NCBI GenBank assembly: GCA_965248925.1
Contig: CBDFLE010000006.1
Span: forward strand, 992,001-1,056,000
Origin: Candidatus Multivoradales bacterium
GTDB taxonomy: Bacteria; Acidobacteriota; Thermoanaerobaculia; Multivoradales; J023
Length of the DNA: 64,000 bases
Direction: 5' to 3'
In this document: positions 1 through 9,454 of the stretch, piece by piece
How positions within the stretch are numbered: position 1 is the first letter of the stretch
Layout: each line of letters opens with the position of its first letter
Program-made: the position numbers and the translations under genes
The notes under the pieces: generated by a model
What the model was told of the DNA's origin: nothing
Seen by the model: only the letters and a program-made list of their open reading frames with translations
Database searches by the model: none

Positions 1-16
1 ACGCTACCTAGCCCTG

Positions 17-956
17 ATGACCGCGGTCACCTTGCTGTTCATCCTGACGCAGTATTTTGTCGACTACAGCTTCCTAACCGAGATCCGCCAAACGATTCCG
101 CAGCGGGGGGAGCTGACCCGCTTTCTAGGTTGGTTCTTCTTCGCCACTAAGACTCTTGAGTTGATCGTCAAGACCGTCGGGCTCGGCCGCCTGCTGCGCC
201 ATTTGGGCCTGTTCGGCGCCGGTGGCCTGCTGGCGCTGCTGGCCCGCAGCCCGATCCTCGGCGGCCTGGGGCCACGGCTGATGATCATGGCTTCGCTGCT
301 CTGTGCCTGGTTGGCGGCCAGCTTGGCACTCTTTAGCGAGTATCGCGAACACCTCCTGGAGGCCCTCGACCGGCAAACTAGCCAGCTGCTCAACTCTCCG
401 CTGGAGACCATCCGCAATCAGCTGGCGGGCGCCGAGCGCGATGAGCTGAGACTAGTGCTCAACGTGCTGCAGCGAGTCGAGCCGGAGTTCTTCAACCGTT
501 CGCTGGCCGAGCTGCTGAGATCGCCGAAGCTGGCCAGCCGGAGCGAAGCGGTGGAGAGGGTGATCGAGCTGCGGCTGCTCCGAGCAGGGATAGAGCGGTT
601 CGAGGCGGCTGAGAGCGATCTTCAGCTGCGCCAGCGGGCCGCGGAAGCCCTGCGCATCCTTAGACCAGGCCGAGCACTCTTCTAACACCCTCGAGAAAGT
701 CACGGCACTGGCCGCCGGGGCGCTGCTCGAAACGGTAGGCAGTGCTCCCCAGGAGCTGTTCCTCAAGCTGCTCGCGGATGCCGACGTCCTGGGGGAGATC
801 GCGGTATTCGAATCCGGCAAACGGGTTGCCAACGCCACCTCTATCGGCCCAAGCCGTCTGCTGCGGGTCGACCGCCAGCAGCTCACCGACCTGCTGGCAG
901 ACCACTTCGAGATGCTACCGACATTTATCCAGGTCATCACCCAACGCCGGGCCTGA
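17..956 (+). pseudogene. Degenerate Npt/MFS-like membrane + HEAT-like + cNMP-binding protein remnant (frameshifted; may extend 5' of the window)
   Basis: ORF 17-685 has hydrophobic helices, then helical repeats. A different frame (690-956) encodes a cNMP-domain-like segment (GEIAVFESGKRVANATSIGPSRLLRVDRQQLTDLL). The domains look internally deleted. Confidence 0.55.
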
Positions 957-1066
957 AGGATCCCCCGGAGGGTCCCGATGAGACCCAGGAGCACGAGATC
1001 GAAGCTGACTATCGCCACGATCCACGGGATTTGATTGACACCCTCGAGCGCTTCAATGCCTTCGAG

Positions 1067-1444
1067 CTATCCGCCGACCTCTTCGGTCGTGGCGTCATCA
1101 GCGCTGGCGGCAAAGCTGGCCACCGCCTCGGCTTCGTCGTCGTAGGATTCCAACAGCGGTAGGACCTGGCTGATCTCGAGCACGTCGCGAATCCGCCCAG
1201 CGGTCGACAGCAGCTTGAGCCGCGAGCCAAAACGGCCCGCCAGGCGATAGCCGGCCACCAACTCGCCAACCCCGGCACTATCGATACGGCTGAGTCCGGA
1301 CATGTTGAGCAGGATCTGCTTCCACTCGGCGGCAACCAGTTCGTTGATCACCTCGCGCAGCATCTCCTCAGGGCCACCGGCGATCAGACGGCCTTCGAGA
1401 TCGACGATCAGAGTTTTGCCGGACTGACGAAGTTCTACGTGCAT
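1067..1444 (-). CDS. STAS domain anti-sigma-factor antagonist
   Basis: IVDLEGRL...ILLNMSGLSRIDSAGVGELV motif with the phosphorylatable Ser (DSAG). Confidence 0.9.
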   Translation of the reverse strand: MHVELRQSGKTLIVDLEGRLIAGGPEEMLREVINELVAAEWKQILLNMSGLSRIDSAGVGELVAGYRLAGRFGSRLKLLSTAGRIRDVLEISQVLPLLESYDDEAEAVASFAASADDATTEEVGG

Positions 1445-1570
1445 AAGCTAAGCTCTCCTGGGTTCGCGGAGGCCGCAGGATAGCACGGCCAGAGGGCGGT
1501 GAAGCGATCGTCAGGGCACCGTCACAACAACCTCGGCGGCAGAGGGAATGTTGAGCAAGGGAGAGGGTCG

Positions 1571-1852
1571 ATGGCCGAGCGAGCAAGCGAGCAAGACACC
1601 GCCGTAGGCGATTTCATGAGGCGGAATTTCCGCCACTTCAACGCCCGCTCTGTGGTCGAAGCGGCCGCCGCTTGGGTTGCTCAGCTAGACCAGGGCAACC
1701 ACATGTTCCTTACCTTGGCGGGGGCCATGAGCACTGCTGAAATCGGCCTACAACTGACCGAGATGATCCGCCGCGGCAAAGTCCACGGCATCTGCTGCAC
1801 CGGCGCCTACCCCGAGGAAGAGCTGTTCAACCTAGTCCCCCACGACCACCAT
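1571..1852 (+). pseudogene. 3'-truncated copy of the deoxyhypusine-synthase-like gene
   Basis: DFMRRNFRHFNARSVVEAA...GICCTGAYPEEELFNLVPHDH matches the N-terminus of 9455-10435, then homology stops. Conserved TGANLEED is altered to TGAYPEEE. Confidence 0.85.
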
Positions 1853-2015
1853 GTGGGCTTCCGGATTGATCGAGAAAAACCCTCGGCCCCAGCGGTCGAC
1901 CGAGTAGGGATCGAGCGAGCTGGCGGTCGCTGCTTGTGGCGGCTCGAGGGCGGATTGATCGACCGTCTACCTGGCTGCGTAGCATTAGGATACGATCCCC
2001 CCCACCAAACGCCTT

Positions 2016-3800
2016 ATGAACACCAGAATCTTGGACTTCTTGCCGATGAACATTGCTGCAGATTGGCCGCGGCGCATGGCCGGCGCCGCGGCGCTCGGGC
2101 TGTGGGCGTTGGCCTGCTCGGTAGAGTCTCCGGCGCCCGGCGGCGGCGACACCTCACATGCGCCGTGGTTCGTCGAGGTGCAGGACACCTCGGGACTCGA
2201 CTTCCGCCACCAGCACGGCGGCAGCGGCGAGCGCTACATGATCGAAACCATGACCGGCGGCGCCGGCTTGCTCGACTTCGACAACGATGGTTGGCTCGAC
2301 GCCTACCTGGTGCAGAGTGGGCCGCTGCCGGGTTTCGCCGATCAGACACCGCTACCCAACCAGCTCTATCGCCACCGCGGCGACGGGATCAACTTCGAAG
2401 ACGTCACCGAGGGCTCGGGAGCCGGCGACACCGGCTACGGCATCGGCACCTGCTTCGGCGACATCGACAACGACGGCTGGATCGACATCTACGTCACCAA
2501 TCTCGGTCAGGACACGCTGCTGCGCAACCGCGGCCTGAGCGACGGCCGAGTCACCTTCGAAGACGTCACCGCGGCGGCCGGCATCGACAGCCCGGCCTAT
2601 GGCTCGAGCTGCGCTTTCGCCGACTACGACCGCGACGGCTGCCTCGACCTGTTCGTGGTCAACTTTGTCAACTTCACCCTTGAGAACCACCTGCGCTGCG
2701 GCGCCGAGAAGTTGCGCACCTACTGCTCGCCCGACGTCTACGACGGCCTGCCCGACCAGCTCTACCGCAATCACTGCGACGGCTCAGGCGGTTTCGACGA
2801 CGTCTCCGAGGCCGCCGGGGTGGTCAACCACGACCCCGAGCAGGGCAAGGGGTTGGGGGTGGTTTGGACCGACTTCGATGACGACGGCGACCTCGACATC
2901 TACGTCGCCAACGACTCGACTCGCAACTTCCTCTACAGCAACCGCGGCGACGGCACCTTCGAGGACGTGGCGATCTTCGCCGGCGCCGCCTTCAACGACC
3001 GCGGCCTGACCGAAGCCAGCATGGGGCTCGACGCCGGCGACTACGACGGCGACGGCCGCCTCGACCTGTTCATGACCCACCTCGACTTCGAGTCCAACAC
3101 CCTCTATCGCAACGCCCCCAACAACCTCTTCCTCGACTCCAGCGCCATGACCGGGGTGGTGACGCCGAGCGCCACGCGGGTCGGCTTCGGAACCAACTTC
3201 CTCGACTTCGACCACGATGGCGACAACGATCTCTTCGTCGCCAACGGCCATATTCTCGACAACGCCAAGGAGCGTAATCCGACCCTCGACTACGAGCAGC
3301 GCAACCAGCTGCTGGAGAATCGCGATGGCCGTTTCGTCGACGTTTCGGGGCAGGCCGGCGAGCATTTCACGATCCGCCGGGTCGGCCGGGCCTCGGCCAC
3401 CGGCGACCTCGACAACGACGGCGATCTCGATCTGCTGATCGCCAACTCCAACCGCGAGGTCGTGGTGCTGCGCAACCAGCGCGAGCTGATCGGCGGCGGG
3501 CGCCGCTGGCTGATGCTGCGCCTGCTGAGCCGCCACGGTGGCCGCGACGCGATCGGCAGCCGAGTGCGGGTCATTGCCGGCGATCGGATCTGGGTCGACG
3601 AGATCCACAGCGGCGCCAGCTACCTCGCCCAGAGCGATCTGCGGGTCCATTTCGGACTGGGAGAGATCGATCGCATCGACCGGATCGAGATCCGCTGGCC
3701 GGAGGGGGAAATCCAGCAGCTCGATGGCGCCGGCTTGGAGCTCGACCGGCTGCACACCCTCCGCCAGCCGGCTGCGCCAGCCGCGGAGGAAGGCCGATGA
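2016..3800 (+). CDS. CRTAC1 family protein (FG-GAP repeats + ASPIC/UnbV C-terminus), probable lipoprotein
   Basis: Many DxDxDGxxD FG-GAP repeats; C-terminal RDAIGSRV...SYLAQSDLRVHFGLG...IRWP; lipobox-like ALAC. The start could be a downstream ATG. Confidence 0.9.
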   Translation: MNTRILDFLPMNIAADWPRRMAGAAALGLWALACSVESPAPGGGDTSHAPWFVEVQDTSGLDFRHQHGGSGERYMIETMTGGAGLLDFDNDGWLDAYLVQSGPLPGFADQTPLPNQLYRHRGDGINFEDVTEGSGAGDTGYGIGTCFGDIDNDGWIDIYVTNLGQDTLLRNRGLSDGRVTFEDVTAAAGIDSPAYGSSCAFADYDRDGCLDLFVVNFVNFTLENHLRCGAEKLRTYCSPDVYDGLPDQLYRNHCDGSGGFDDVSEAAGVVNHDPEQGKGLGVVWTDFDDDGDLDIYVANDSTRNFLYSNRGDGTFEDVAIFAGAAFNDRGLTEASMGLDAGDYDGDGRLDLFMTHLDFESNTLYRNAPNNLFLDSSAMTGVVTPSATRVGFGTNFLDFDHDGDNDLFVANGHILDNAKERNPTLDYEQRNQLLENRDGRFVDVSGQAGEHFTIRRVGRASATGDLDNDGDLDLLIANSNREVVVLRNQRELIGGGRRWLMLRLLSRHGGRDAIGSRVRVIAGDRIWVDEIHSGASYLAQSDLRVHFGLGEIDRIDRIEIRWPEGEIQQLDGAGLELDRLHTLRQPAAPAAEEGR

Positions 3801-5275
3801 CCCGCTCGCTGAGGGTGCTTTGCGCCGCGGCCCTGCTGCTCGCTGCCTGCGCTGCCGATCCATCGCCGCCGCCGGCCTACCAGCTGACGCCGGAAGAGCA
3901 AGCGCTGATGGCCCGGATCACCGAGCTGCAATCGCTGCGCGAGTACGATGAAGGCATCGCCGCGGCCGAGGCTTTTCTCGCCACCCATCCCGACGCCCGC
4001 CGGATCCACTACGCGATAGGCGTGTTGCACGGCCTGTCGGACCGGCACCGGCAGGCGCTGGCAGCTTTCGAGCAAGAGCTGGCCATCGACCCGACTCATC
4101 TGGCGAGCTATCGCGGCAGCGCCACGGCACATACCTTGCTCGGCCAAGCAGAGGCCGCTATCGAGAAGCTCCGTCAGGCATTGCAGATCGCTGCCGATCG
4201 TCCCGAGGTCATGCTGGATCTTGGTAGGGCACTTTCGAACTTCGGCCAACTCGACCAAGCCGAGCCGCTACTGCGCCAGGCGTCTCACAGCGGTGGCGCA
4301 GCAGCCCGGGTCGAGCTCGGCATCCTGCTGCGCCGCCAGGGCCGGCTCGAGGAGGCGGCGGAGGCCTTCCGCAAGGCTCTGCAAGAGGATCCTCGGCAGC
4401 TCAGTGCGATGTCCAACCTCGGCCAGACTTTGAGCGCGCTGGGTCGAGCCGCCGAGGGCCAAGCTCTCTTGCGGCATCACGCCCGGCAGGCATCCCTGCA
4501 CGACCGACTCGATATCTATCAGCGCAGTAGCCTGCTCGAGGGCGCGACAGCGGCCAACTTCCTGCAATTGGCGATACTGCAAATCCGCTCCCGCAAGACC
4601 GCCGAGGCCGTCGAGTCCTATCGCCGAGCCCTGGAGCTGGATCCTCGATCGACGACCGCCACCCTCGGTCTGGCGGCTCTCTTCCGCCAGAACGGACAAG
4701 CCGGCGAGGCGACCAAGTGGACGGTCCACACCCTGCTGATCGATCCGCAAAACAGCAAGGCGCACTTTCTCCTCGGCATGCTCCGCTTGTCGAAGGGGCA
4801 GCTCGATCTGGCGCTACAAGCTTTCGCGACTTCGCGCCAGCACGAACCTTGGCAGGCCGAGGCCTACTGGCGAACCGGTAACGTCCTTCGATCCCGCTCC
4901 CAGCTGGACCAGGCAGAGCAACACTACCGTCAAGCGCTGGCCTTGAATCCAGAATCAGCGCCAGCACTCTTCGGCATCGGCTTCAGCCAAATGTTGCGAG
5001 GCGAACCAGACCTGGCCATCGCCAACTTACGCCACGCGGCCGCACTGAATAGCTCGGACGCCGACAGTCAGCTGCTGCTCGGCCTGGCGCTGGCCGCCAG
5101 CGGTGACCCTGCGGGGGCAGAAGATATCTGGCGCTCGGCCGCCACCCTGCACCGACTCGATCTGCTGACCGGCAAGACCCTCGAGCAGCTACTGGCACCG
5201 TTCTCGGCCTTGCAAGCCCTCGACGCCACCGCCGCCGGCTTGGAGCGCTACCGGGCGCTGTTGGCGCCGGGGTAG
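3797..5275 (+). CDS. TPR-repeat lipoprotein
   Basis: Lipobox LLAAC; multiple TPR motifs (AFRKALQEDP, YRRALELDP); ATGA overlap with the upstream gene. Confidence 0.85.
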   Translation: MTRSLRVLCAAALLLAACAADPSPPPAYQLTPEEQALMARITELQSLREYDEGIAAAEAFLATHPDARRIHYAIGVLHGLSDRHRQALAAFEQELAIDPTHLASYRGSATAHTLLGQAEAAIEKLRQALQIAADRPEVMLDLGRALSNFGQLDQAEPLLRQASHSGGAAARVELGILLRRQGRLEEAAEAFRKALQEDPRQLSAMSNLGQTLSALGRAAEGQALLRHHARQASLHDRLDIYQRSSLLEGATAANFLQLAILQIRSRKTAEAVESYRRALELDPRSTTATLGLAALFRQNGQAGEATKWTVHTLLIDPQNSKAHFLLGMLRLSKGQLDLALQAFATSRQHEPWQAEAYWRTGNVLRSRSQLDQAEQHYRQALALNPESAPALFGIGFSQMLRGEPDLAIANLRHAAALNSSDADSQLLLGLALAASGDPAGAEDIWRSAATLHRLDLLTGKTLEQLLAPFSALQALDATAAGLERYRALLAPG

Positions 5276-5284
5276 GGCCGAGCG

Positions 5285-7543
5285 GTGTTGAGGCGGTACA
5301 GCGCCTGCCTGCTGGCGGCGGCCCTGCAGATCTCCTGCGGTGAAGCCGAAGACCGCTCCCAGCCTACGGGCTCTCACCTCCCAGCGACCTCACCGGCCCG
5401 GCCAGCCGTGGTAGAGCCCCATCGACCCGCCCCCATCCGACCGCCGGGCAATGCGGATCTGCCCCCCTTCTCGGAGCTGCTTTCCGAGGCCATCGAAGCC
5501 CCCGACCCGATGCGCTCGCTGACTCTGGGCCGGCAACGGGTCGCCCTGGTCCGGGACCGCCTGGATCGCGCCGGCAAGGCGCGCGAGCGTTTTCAGCTGA
5601 CCGTCGCGCTGGGCCGCGAGCAGCTCTGGGCTGGTCAGACCGAGGAGGCGATCAAGACCTTTCGCGGGGCGCTCGAGATGCCGGCGGCGACCGAGCATGC
5701 CGAGGAACGCCGCCAAGTGCGCAAATGGGTGGCGATCGCCTACCTCCGCCTGGGCGAGGAAGAGAACTGCCTGGCGCTGCACCGGGCGGGCTCGTGCATC
5801 TTGCCGATCGCCGAGGACGCTCGCCACGTCGAGCAACGCGGCTCAAAGGCCGCCATGGCGGAGCTGATCGCGCTGCTCGCCGAGAAGCCCACCCCTGGGC
5901 TGCGCTGGCTGCTGAACCTGGCGGCGATGACCCTCGGCGAGTATCCCGACGGGGTTCCCGCCGAGCACCGCCTCCCCCGCCGCCTGCTGGCGGGCGAAAC
6001 CAGCGAGTTGCCGCGATTCGTCGACCGGGCGGCGGAGTTCGGGCTCTCGGCAGCTGGACTCTCGGGCGGCGTCGTCACCGAGGACTTCGACGGCGACGGC
6101 CGGCTCGACGTGATGGTGTCCTCATGGGGGCTGCACGATCCGCTACGGTTGTTCCGCAACCAGGGCAATGGCACCTTCGCCGAGGCTGGCACCGCGGCCG
6201 GTCTCGGAGATGAGCTGGGCGGCTTGAACCTGATCCACGCCGACGACAACAACGACGGCCATCCCGACGTGCTGGTGCTGCGCGGCGCCTGGTTGGGCGC
6301 CGCCGGGCTGCATCCCAACTCGCTGTTGCGCAACCACGGCGACGGCACCTTCAGCAACGTCACCCTAGAAGCCGGCCTGCTCGGCTACGCCCCGACCCAG
6401 ACCGCGGCTTGGGCCGACTACGACGGCGATGGTTGGCTCGATCTGTTGATCGGCAACGAGGCCGGCAGCGGCGCCTACACACCCTGCCAGCTGTATCGCA
6501 ATCACGGCGACGGCACCTACTCGGACGTCGCGCCGCAGCTCGGGCTGGACATCTCGGCCTTCGTCAAAGGGGTCGCCTGGGGCGACTACGACGACGACGG
6601 CTGGCCTGATCTCTACCTGTCGATCTTCGGCCAGCCCAACCGGCTGTTGCGCAACCAAGGTCCGGCGGCCGGTTTTCGCTTTGCCGACGTCACCCGGGCC
6701 GCCGGGGTGGCGCAGCCGCTCAAGAGCTTCGCCACCTGGTTCTGGGACTACGACAACGACGGCCTGCTCGACCTGCTCGCCGCTTCCTACTCGGGCCTCA
6801 GCGCCGAGTCGCTCGACGAGGTGGTCCGCGACCTGCTCGGCGAAGAGACCGCGGGCGAGCGGCCGCGCCTCTACCGCAACCGCGGCGACGGCACCTTCGA
6901 AGACCACACCGCGGCGGCCGGCCTCGACACCGTGCTGCTGGCGATGGGCGCCAACTACGGCGATCTCGACAACGACGGCTTTCTCGACGTCTACTTCGGC
7001 ACCGGCGAGCCGAGCTTCTCGACCCTGGTGCCCAACCGCATGTTCCACAACCGAGCCGGCCGCACCTTTGACGACGTCTCGCTCGCCGCCGGCTTCGGCC
7101 ATCTGCAGAAGGGCCACGCCATCGCCTTCGCCGACCTCGACAACGACGGCGACCAGGATGTCTACGCGGTGATCGGCGGCGCCTATGCCGGCGACGTCTA
7201 CCCCGATGCGGTGTTCGTCAACCCGGGCAGCAGCAACCGCTGGCTGACCCTGCGCCTCGAAGGCAGGCGCGCCAACCGATCGGCGATCGGCGCGAGGGTC
7301 GAGGTCCGAGTGGTGGCGCCCGGCGGCGAACGTTCGATCTTCCGCACCGTCAGCACCGGTGGCAGCTTCGGCTCGTCGAGCTTGCAGCTGGAGATCGGCT
7401 TGGGCTCGGCCGCGGAGCTGCTGGAGGTGAACATTCGCTGGCCGCTTCCGGGTCTGGGCCGGCAACGCTTCACCGATCTCGAGAGCAATACGATCTACCG
7501 CTTGATCGAGGGCGAGCAGGAGGCGATTCGAGAGCTACCCTAG
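5285..7543 (+). CDS. CRTAC1 family protein with N-terminal helical region, probable lipoprotein
   Basis: LQISC lipobox; AYLRLGEEENC...SCILP motif; FG-GAP repeats; NRSAIGARV...GGSFG...EIGLG UnbV C-terminus. Confidence 0.9.
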   Translation: MLRRYSACLLAAALQISCGEAEDRSQPTGSHLPATSPARPAVVEPHRPAPIRPPGNADLPPFSELLSEAIEAPDPMRSLTLGRQRVALVRDRLDRAGKARERFQLTVALGREQLWAGQTEEAIKTFRGALEMPAATEHAEERRQVRKWVAIAYLRLGEEENCLALHRAGSCILPIAEDARHVEQRGSKAAMAELIALLAEKPTPGLRWLLNLAAMTLGEYPDGVPAEHRLPRRLLAGETSELPRFVDRAAEFGLSAAGLSGGVVTEDFDGDGRLDVMVSSWGLHDPLRLFRNQGNGTFAEAGTAAGLGDELGGLNLIHADDNNDGHPDVLVLRGAWLGAAGLHPNSLLRNHGDGTFSNVTLEAGLLGYAPTQTAAWADYDGDGWLDLLIGNEAGSGAYTPCQLYRNHGDGTYSDVAPQLGLDISAFVKGVAWGDYDDDGWPDLYLSIFGQPNRLLRNQGPAAGFRFADVTRAAGVAQPLKSFATWFWDYDNDGLLDLLAASYSGLSAESLDEVVRDLLGEETAGERPRLYRNRGDGTFEDHTAAAGLDTVLLAMGANYGDLDNDGFLDVYFGTGEPSFSTLVPNRMFHNRAGRTFDDVSLAAGFGHLQKGHAIAFADLDNDGDQDVYAVIGGAYAGDVYPDAVFVNPGSSNRWLTLRLEGRRANRSAIGARVEVRVVAPGGERSIFRTVSTGGSFGSSSLQLEIGLGSAAELLEVNIRWPLPGLGRQRFTDLESNTIYRLIEGEQEAIRELP

Positions 7544-7555
7544 CCTGCTGCGCTC

Positions 7556-7591
7556 AACAAAAATGGCATCCCGAAGGATGCCATTTTTGTT
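7556..7591. terminator. Bidirectional intrinsic terminator
   Basis: Perfect 16-bp stem aacaaaaatggcatcc-cgaa-ggatgccatttttgtt between convergent genes, with A/T tracts on both sides. Confidence 0.9.
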
Positions 7592-7620
7592 AGACAAGCT
7601 GTAGCCGCGGTCGATCTGGA

Positions 7621-8292
7621 TCAATCGACGGTGAAGCCCTGCAGCTCGACCGGCACCAACGAGCAGCCGGTGGCGGTGACTTCGATGATGTCCAGGGTGT
7701 ACGCTCCGGCAGCTGTGTTCCAGCCATCGGCGATCAAGAAGTAATCAGTCCCTGCGGTGGCAGTGAAAGTAATGTCTTCTCCGGTACCACCATTGTCCTG
7801 GGAAGCGATGCAAGTTCCCGCCAGATTCGTGCAGTCGGTGACGACGTAGATCACCTCGTCATGAGCGCCATCTATCAGAGCATTGACATCGCAGGTGACA
7901 TCGACTTGCACCCGCCAGGCTTCGTCGTTGGCGCTGCTATTGAAAGTCGTGTCACAAACCCCACCGATGCCGGCGATGTCATAGTCGGCGGAAAGAGCGG
8001 TGGTGTCACCGCCACTGGAGTACGGCACGGCGCCAACCTCGTTCGTCGTGCCAGGGCACATGTCAGCGGGCGCGCGATTGATCGGCAGGACCTTCTGACC
8101 CAGGATGGTCGCGGTGCCGGCCGGAGCCTTGGCGGCTGGCATCATCTCTTGGTAGGCGGCCCGCTCGCTCGGGGTCAAGCTATGCCAGGTCAATTTGACC
8201 TGATCCCAGTCGATGTCCTGAGCGGCGAGAGGGCTGGTGAGCAGCAAGGCGACAATGGCTAGCAAACAAGCGAGGCGTGAGAAGCTCTTCAT
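7621..8292 (-). CDS. Secreted PPC-like beta-sandwich protein with C-terminal PVELQGFTVD tail
   Basis: Signal peptide MKSFSRLACLLAIVALLLTSPLAA; PPC-like ITFTATAGTDYFLIADGW...YTLDI; several Cys; ends CSLVPVELQGFTVD-stop; GGAG upstream of ATG 8292. Confidence 0.8.
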   Translation of the reverse strand: MKSFSRLACLLAIVALLLTSPLAAQDIDWDQVKLTWHSLTPSERAAYQEMMPAAKAPAGTATILGQKVLPINRAPADMCPGTTNEVGAVPYSSGGDTTALSADYDIAGIGGVCDTTFNSSANDEAWRVQVDVTCDVNALIDGAHDEVIYVVTDCTNLAGTCIASQDNGGTGEDITFTATAGTDYFLIADGWNTAAGAYTLDIIEVTATGCSLVPVELQGFTVD

Positions 8293-8429
8293 GAATAACT
8301 CCAAAGTTCTGTTTCGAGACGGCTCGGATCAACGGCCATCTCAGGTACTCATACACTCAAGCTTTCTTGCCACATGGCTCGAAGCTCGGCAATCTCCAAA
8401 CAATCTGTTGGGCTGGTTAGGTCTGGATC

Positions 8430-8984
8430 TCAAGCGAGGCGGGGCGGCGGGTCCGGCGGCGCGCCCTCAAATAGCCTAGCGATCAGCGGTACGGAGGCCG
8501 ACGAGGCCGCCAGAGAGGCCTCGGGCAGGCCGGGAACCCTACGGAGGTCCGCCGGGCTCGAACGCTGCGACGACGTCGCGGATTGCGTATCCTGACACCG
8601 CGGCACCTGGACGTCGAAGCTGCCGAGCACCACTTCGCGGTCGACGATCACCTCGCTACCGCGCGCGGCGACCCGCAGCTGGTAGGTCTGGACTCCGTCC
8701 GAAGCCGAATGACCTACCCGGTAGTCGGCGTTGCCGGGGATCGCCGGCAGCTCGTAGAGCAGCTCGAAGTCCTCCAGGCCACCGCGGCGGTAGAGCCGGA
8801 ACACCCAACCGGGGCCGGCAGTGGTCGCCTCCCAGGCAATGTCGAGTTCCCCCGTCGAGTGGATCACCAGGGGCTGCTGCGCGGCTACCTCCGCGGACCG
8901 CGGCGTCACCGGCAACTCGACCCGCGCGGACGCAGGTAGGCCTTGCCACACGACTACAAGGCAACTCGCAATGGCCCCGACCAT
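8430..8984 (-). CDS. Exported protein with Fn3/Ig-like segment and Pro-rich C-terminus
   Basis: Hydrophobic N-terminus; LDIAWEAT...FRLYRR...FELL...YQLRV beta pattern; ends APPDPPPRLA. Confidence 0.6.
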   Translation of the reverse strand: MVGAIASCLVVVWQGLPASARVELPVTPRSAEVAAQQPLVIHSTGELDIAWEATTAGPGWVFRLYRRGGLEDFELLYELPAIPGNADYRVGHSASDGVQTYQLRVAARGSEVIVDREVVLGSFDVQVPRCQDTQSATSSQRSSPADLRRVPGLPEASLAASSASVPLIARLFEGAPPDPPPRLA

Positions 8985-9086
8985 CCACCTCCCGGCAGGA
9001 TCGGATACGGAAACCCGTCGTTCGTTTCTGATAGGGGATTACTACCACAGAGACCCGTTGCCCGCAAGCGCATCCCGGCTTGGCGG

Positions 9087-9281
9087 TCAATCGACCCTGA
9101 AGCTCTGCAGCTCCACCGGGATCGAGCAACCGGTGGCGGTGGCTTCAGAAATCTGCCGCCAGGCGGCGGCGATCAGCTCGTTGATCACTCCGCGAAACAT
9201 CTCCTCAAGGCCGCCGGCGACCCGACGGCCTTCGAGGTCGACGATCAAGGTGCTGCTGGACTGACCAAGCTCTACCTGCAT
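9087..9281 (-). pseudogene. Chimera: 5' part of a STAS gene fused in frame to the 3' tail of a PVEL-tail gene
   Basis: The first ~44 aa match 1067-1444. The last ~20 aa (EATATGCSIPVELQSFRVD) match the tail of 7621-8292. Confidence 0.85.
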
Positions 9282-9342
9282 GGGCTATGCTCCCCGGGCG
9301 CCGCAGGGTGTCTTGCAAACCGTGCCAAGGTCTGCGGAAACC

Positions 9343-9394
9343 GCAAGATCGCACTGCAAGATCGCACTGCAAGATCGCACTGCAAGATCGCACT
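9343..9394. repeat. 13-bp tandem repeat (gcaagatcgcact) x4
   Basis: Four exact copies read directly in the divergent intergenic region. Confidence 0.95.
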
Positions 9395-9454
9395 GCGGAA
9401 GCGCCGCGACAGCCGCCGGCGGCAGATGGAAAGCCGACGTGAGGAGTCCGCCCC

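Noticed and set aside
1862-1962. 12-bp direct repeat cggattgatcga near the left cassette junction
   Set aside because: Only two copies about 90 bp apart and not seen at the right junction, so it cannot be called an att site or target duplication.
1499-2683. 394-aa ORF in the track
   Set aside because: It is the truncated DHS copy reading on into an off-frame of the CRTAC1 gene, not a real fusion protein.
9314-9327. sigma54-like TGGCACG...TTGCA on the minus strand
   Set aside because: The GG-GC spacing is 2 nt shorter than required. A similar site near 8360-8375 is also mis-spaced.
9343-9394. Possible CRISPR array
   Set aside because: Contiguous 13-bp units with no spacers and no cas genes.
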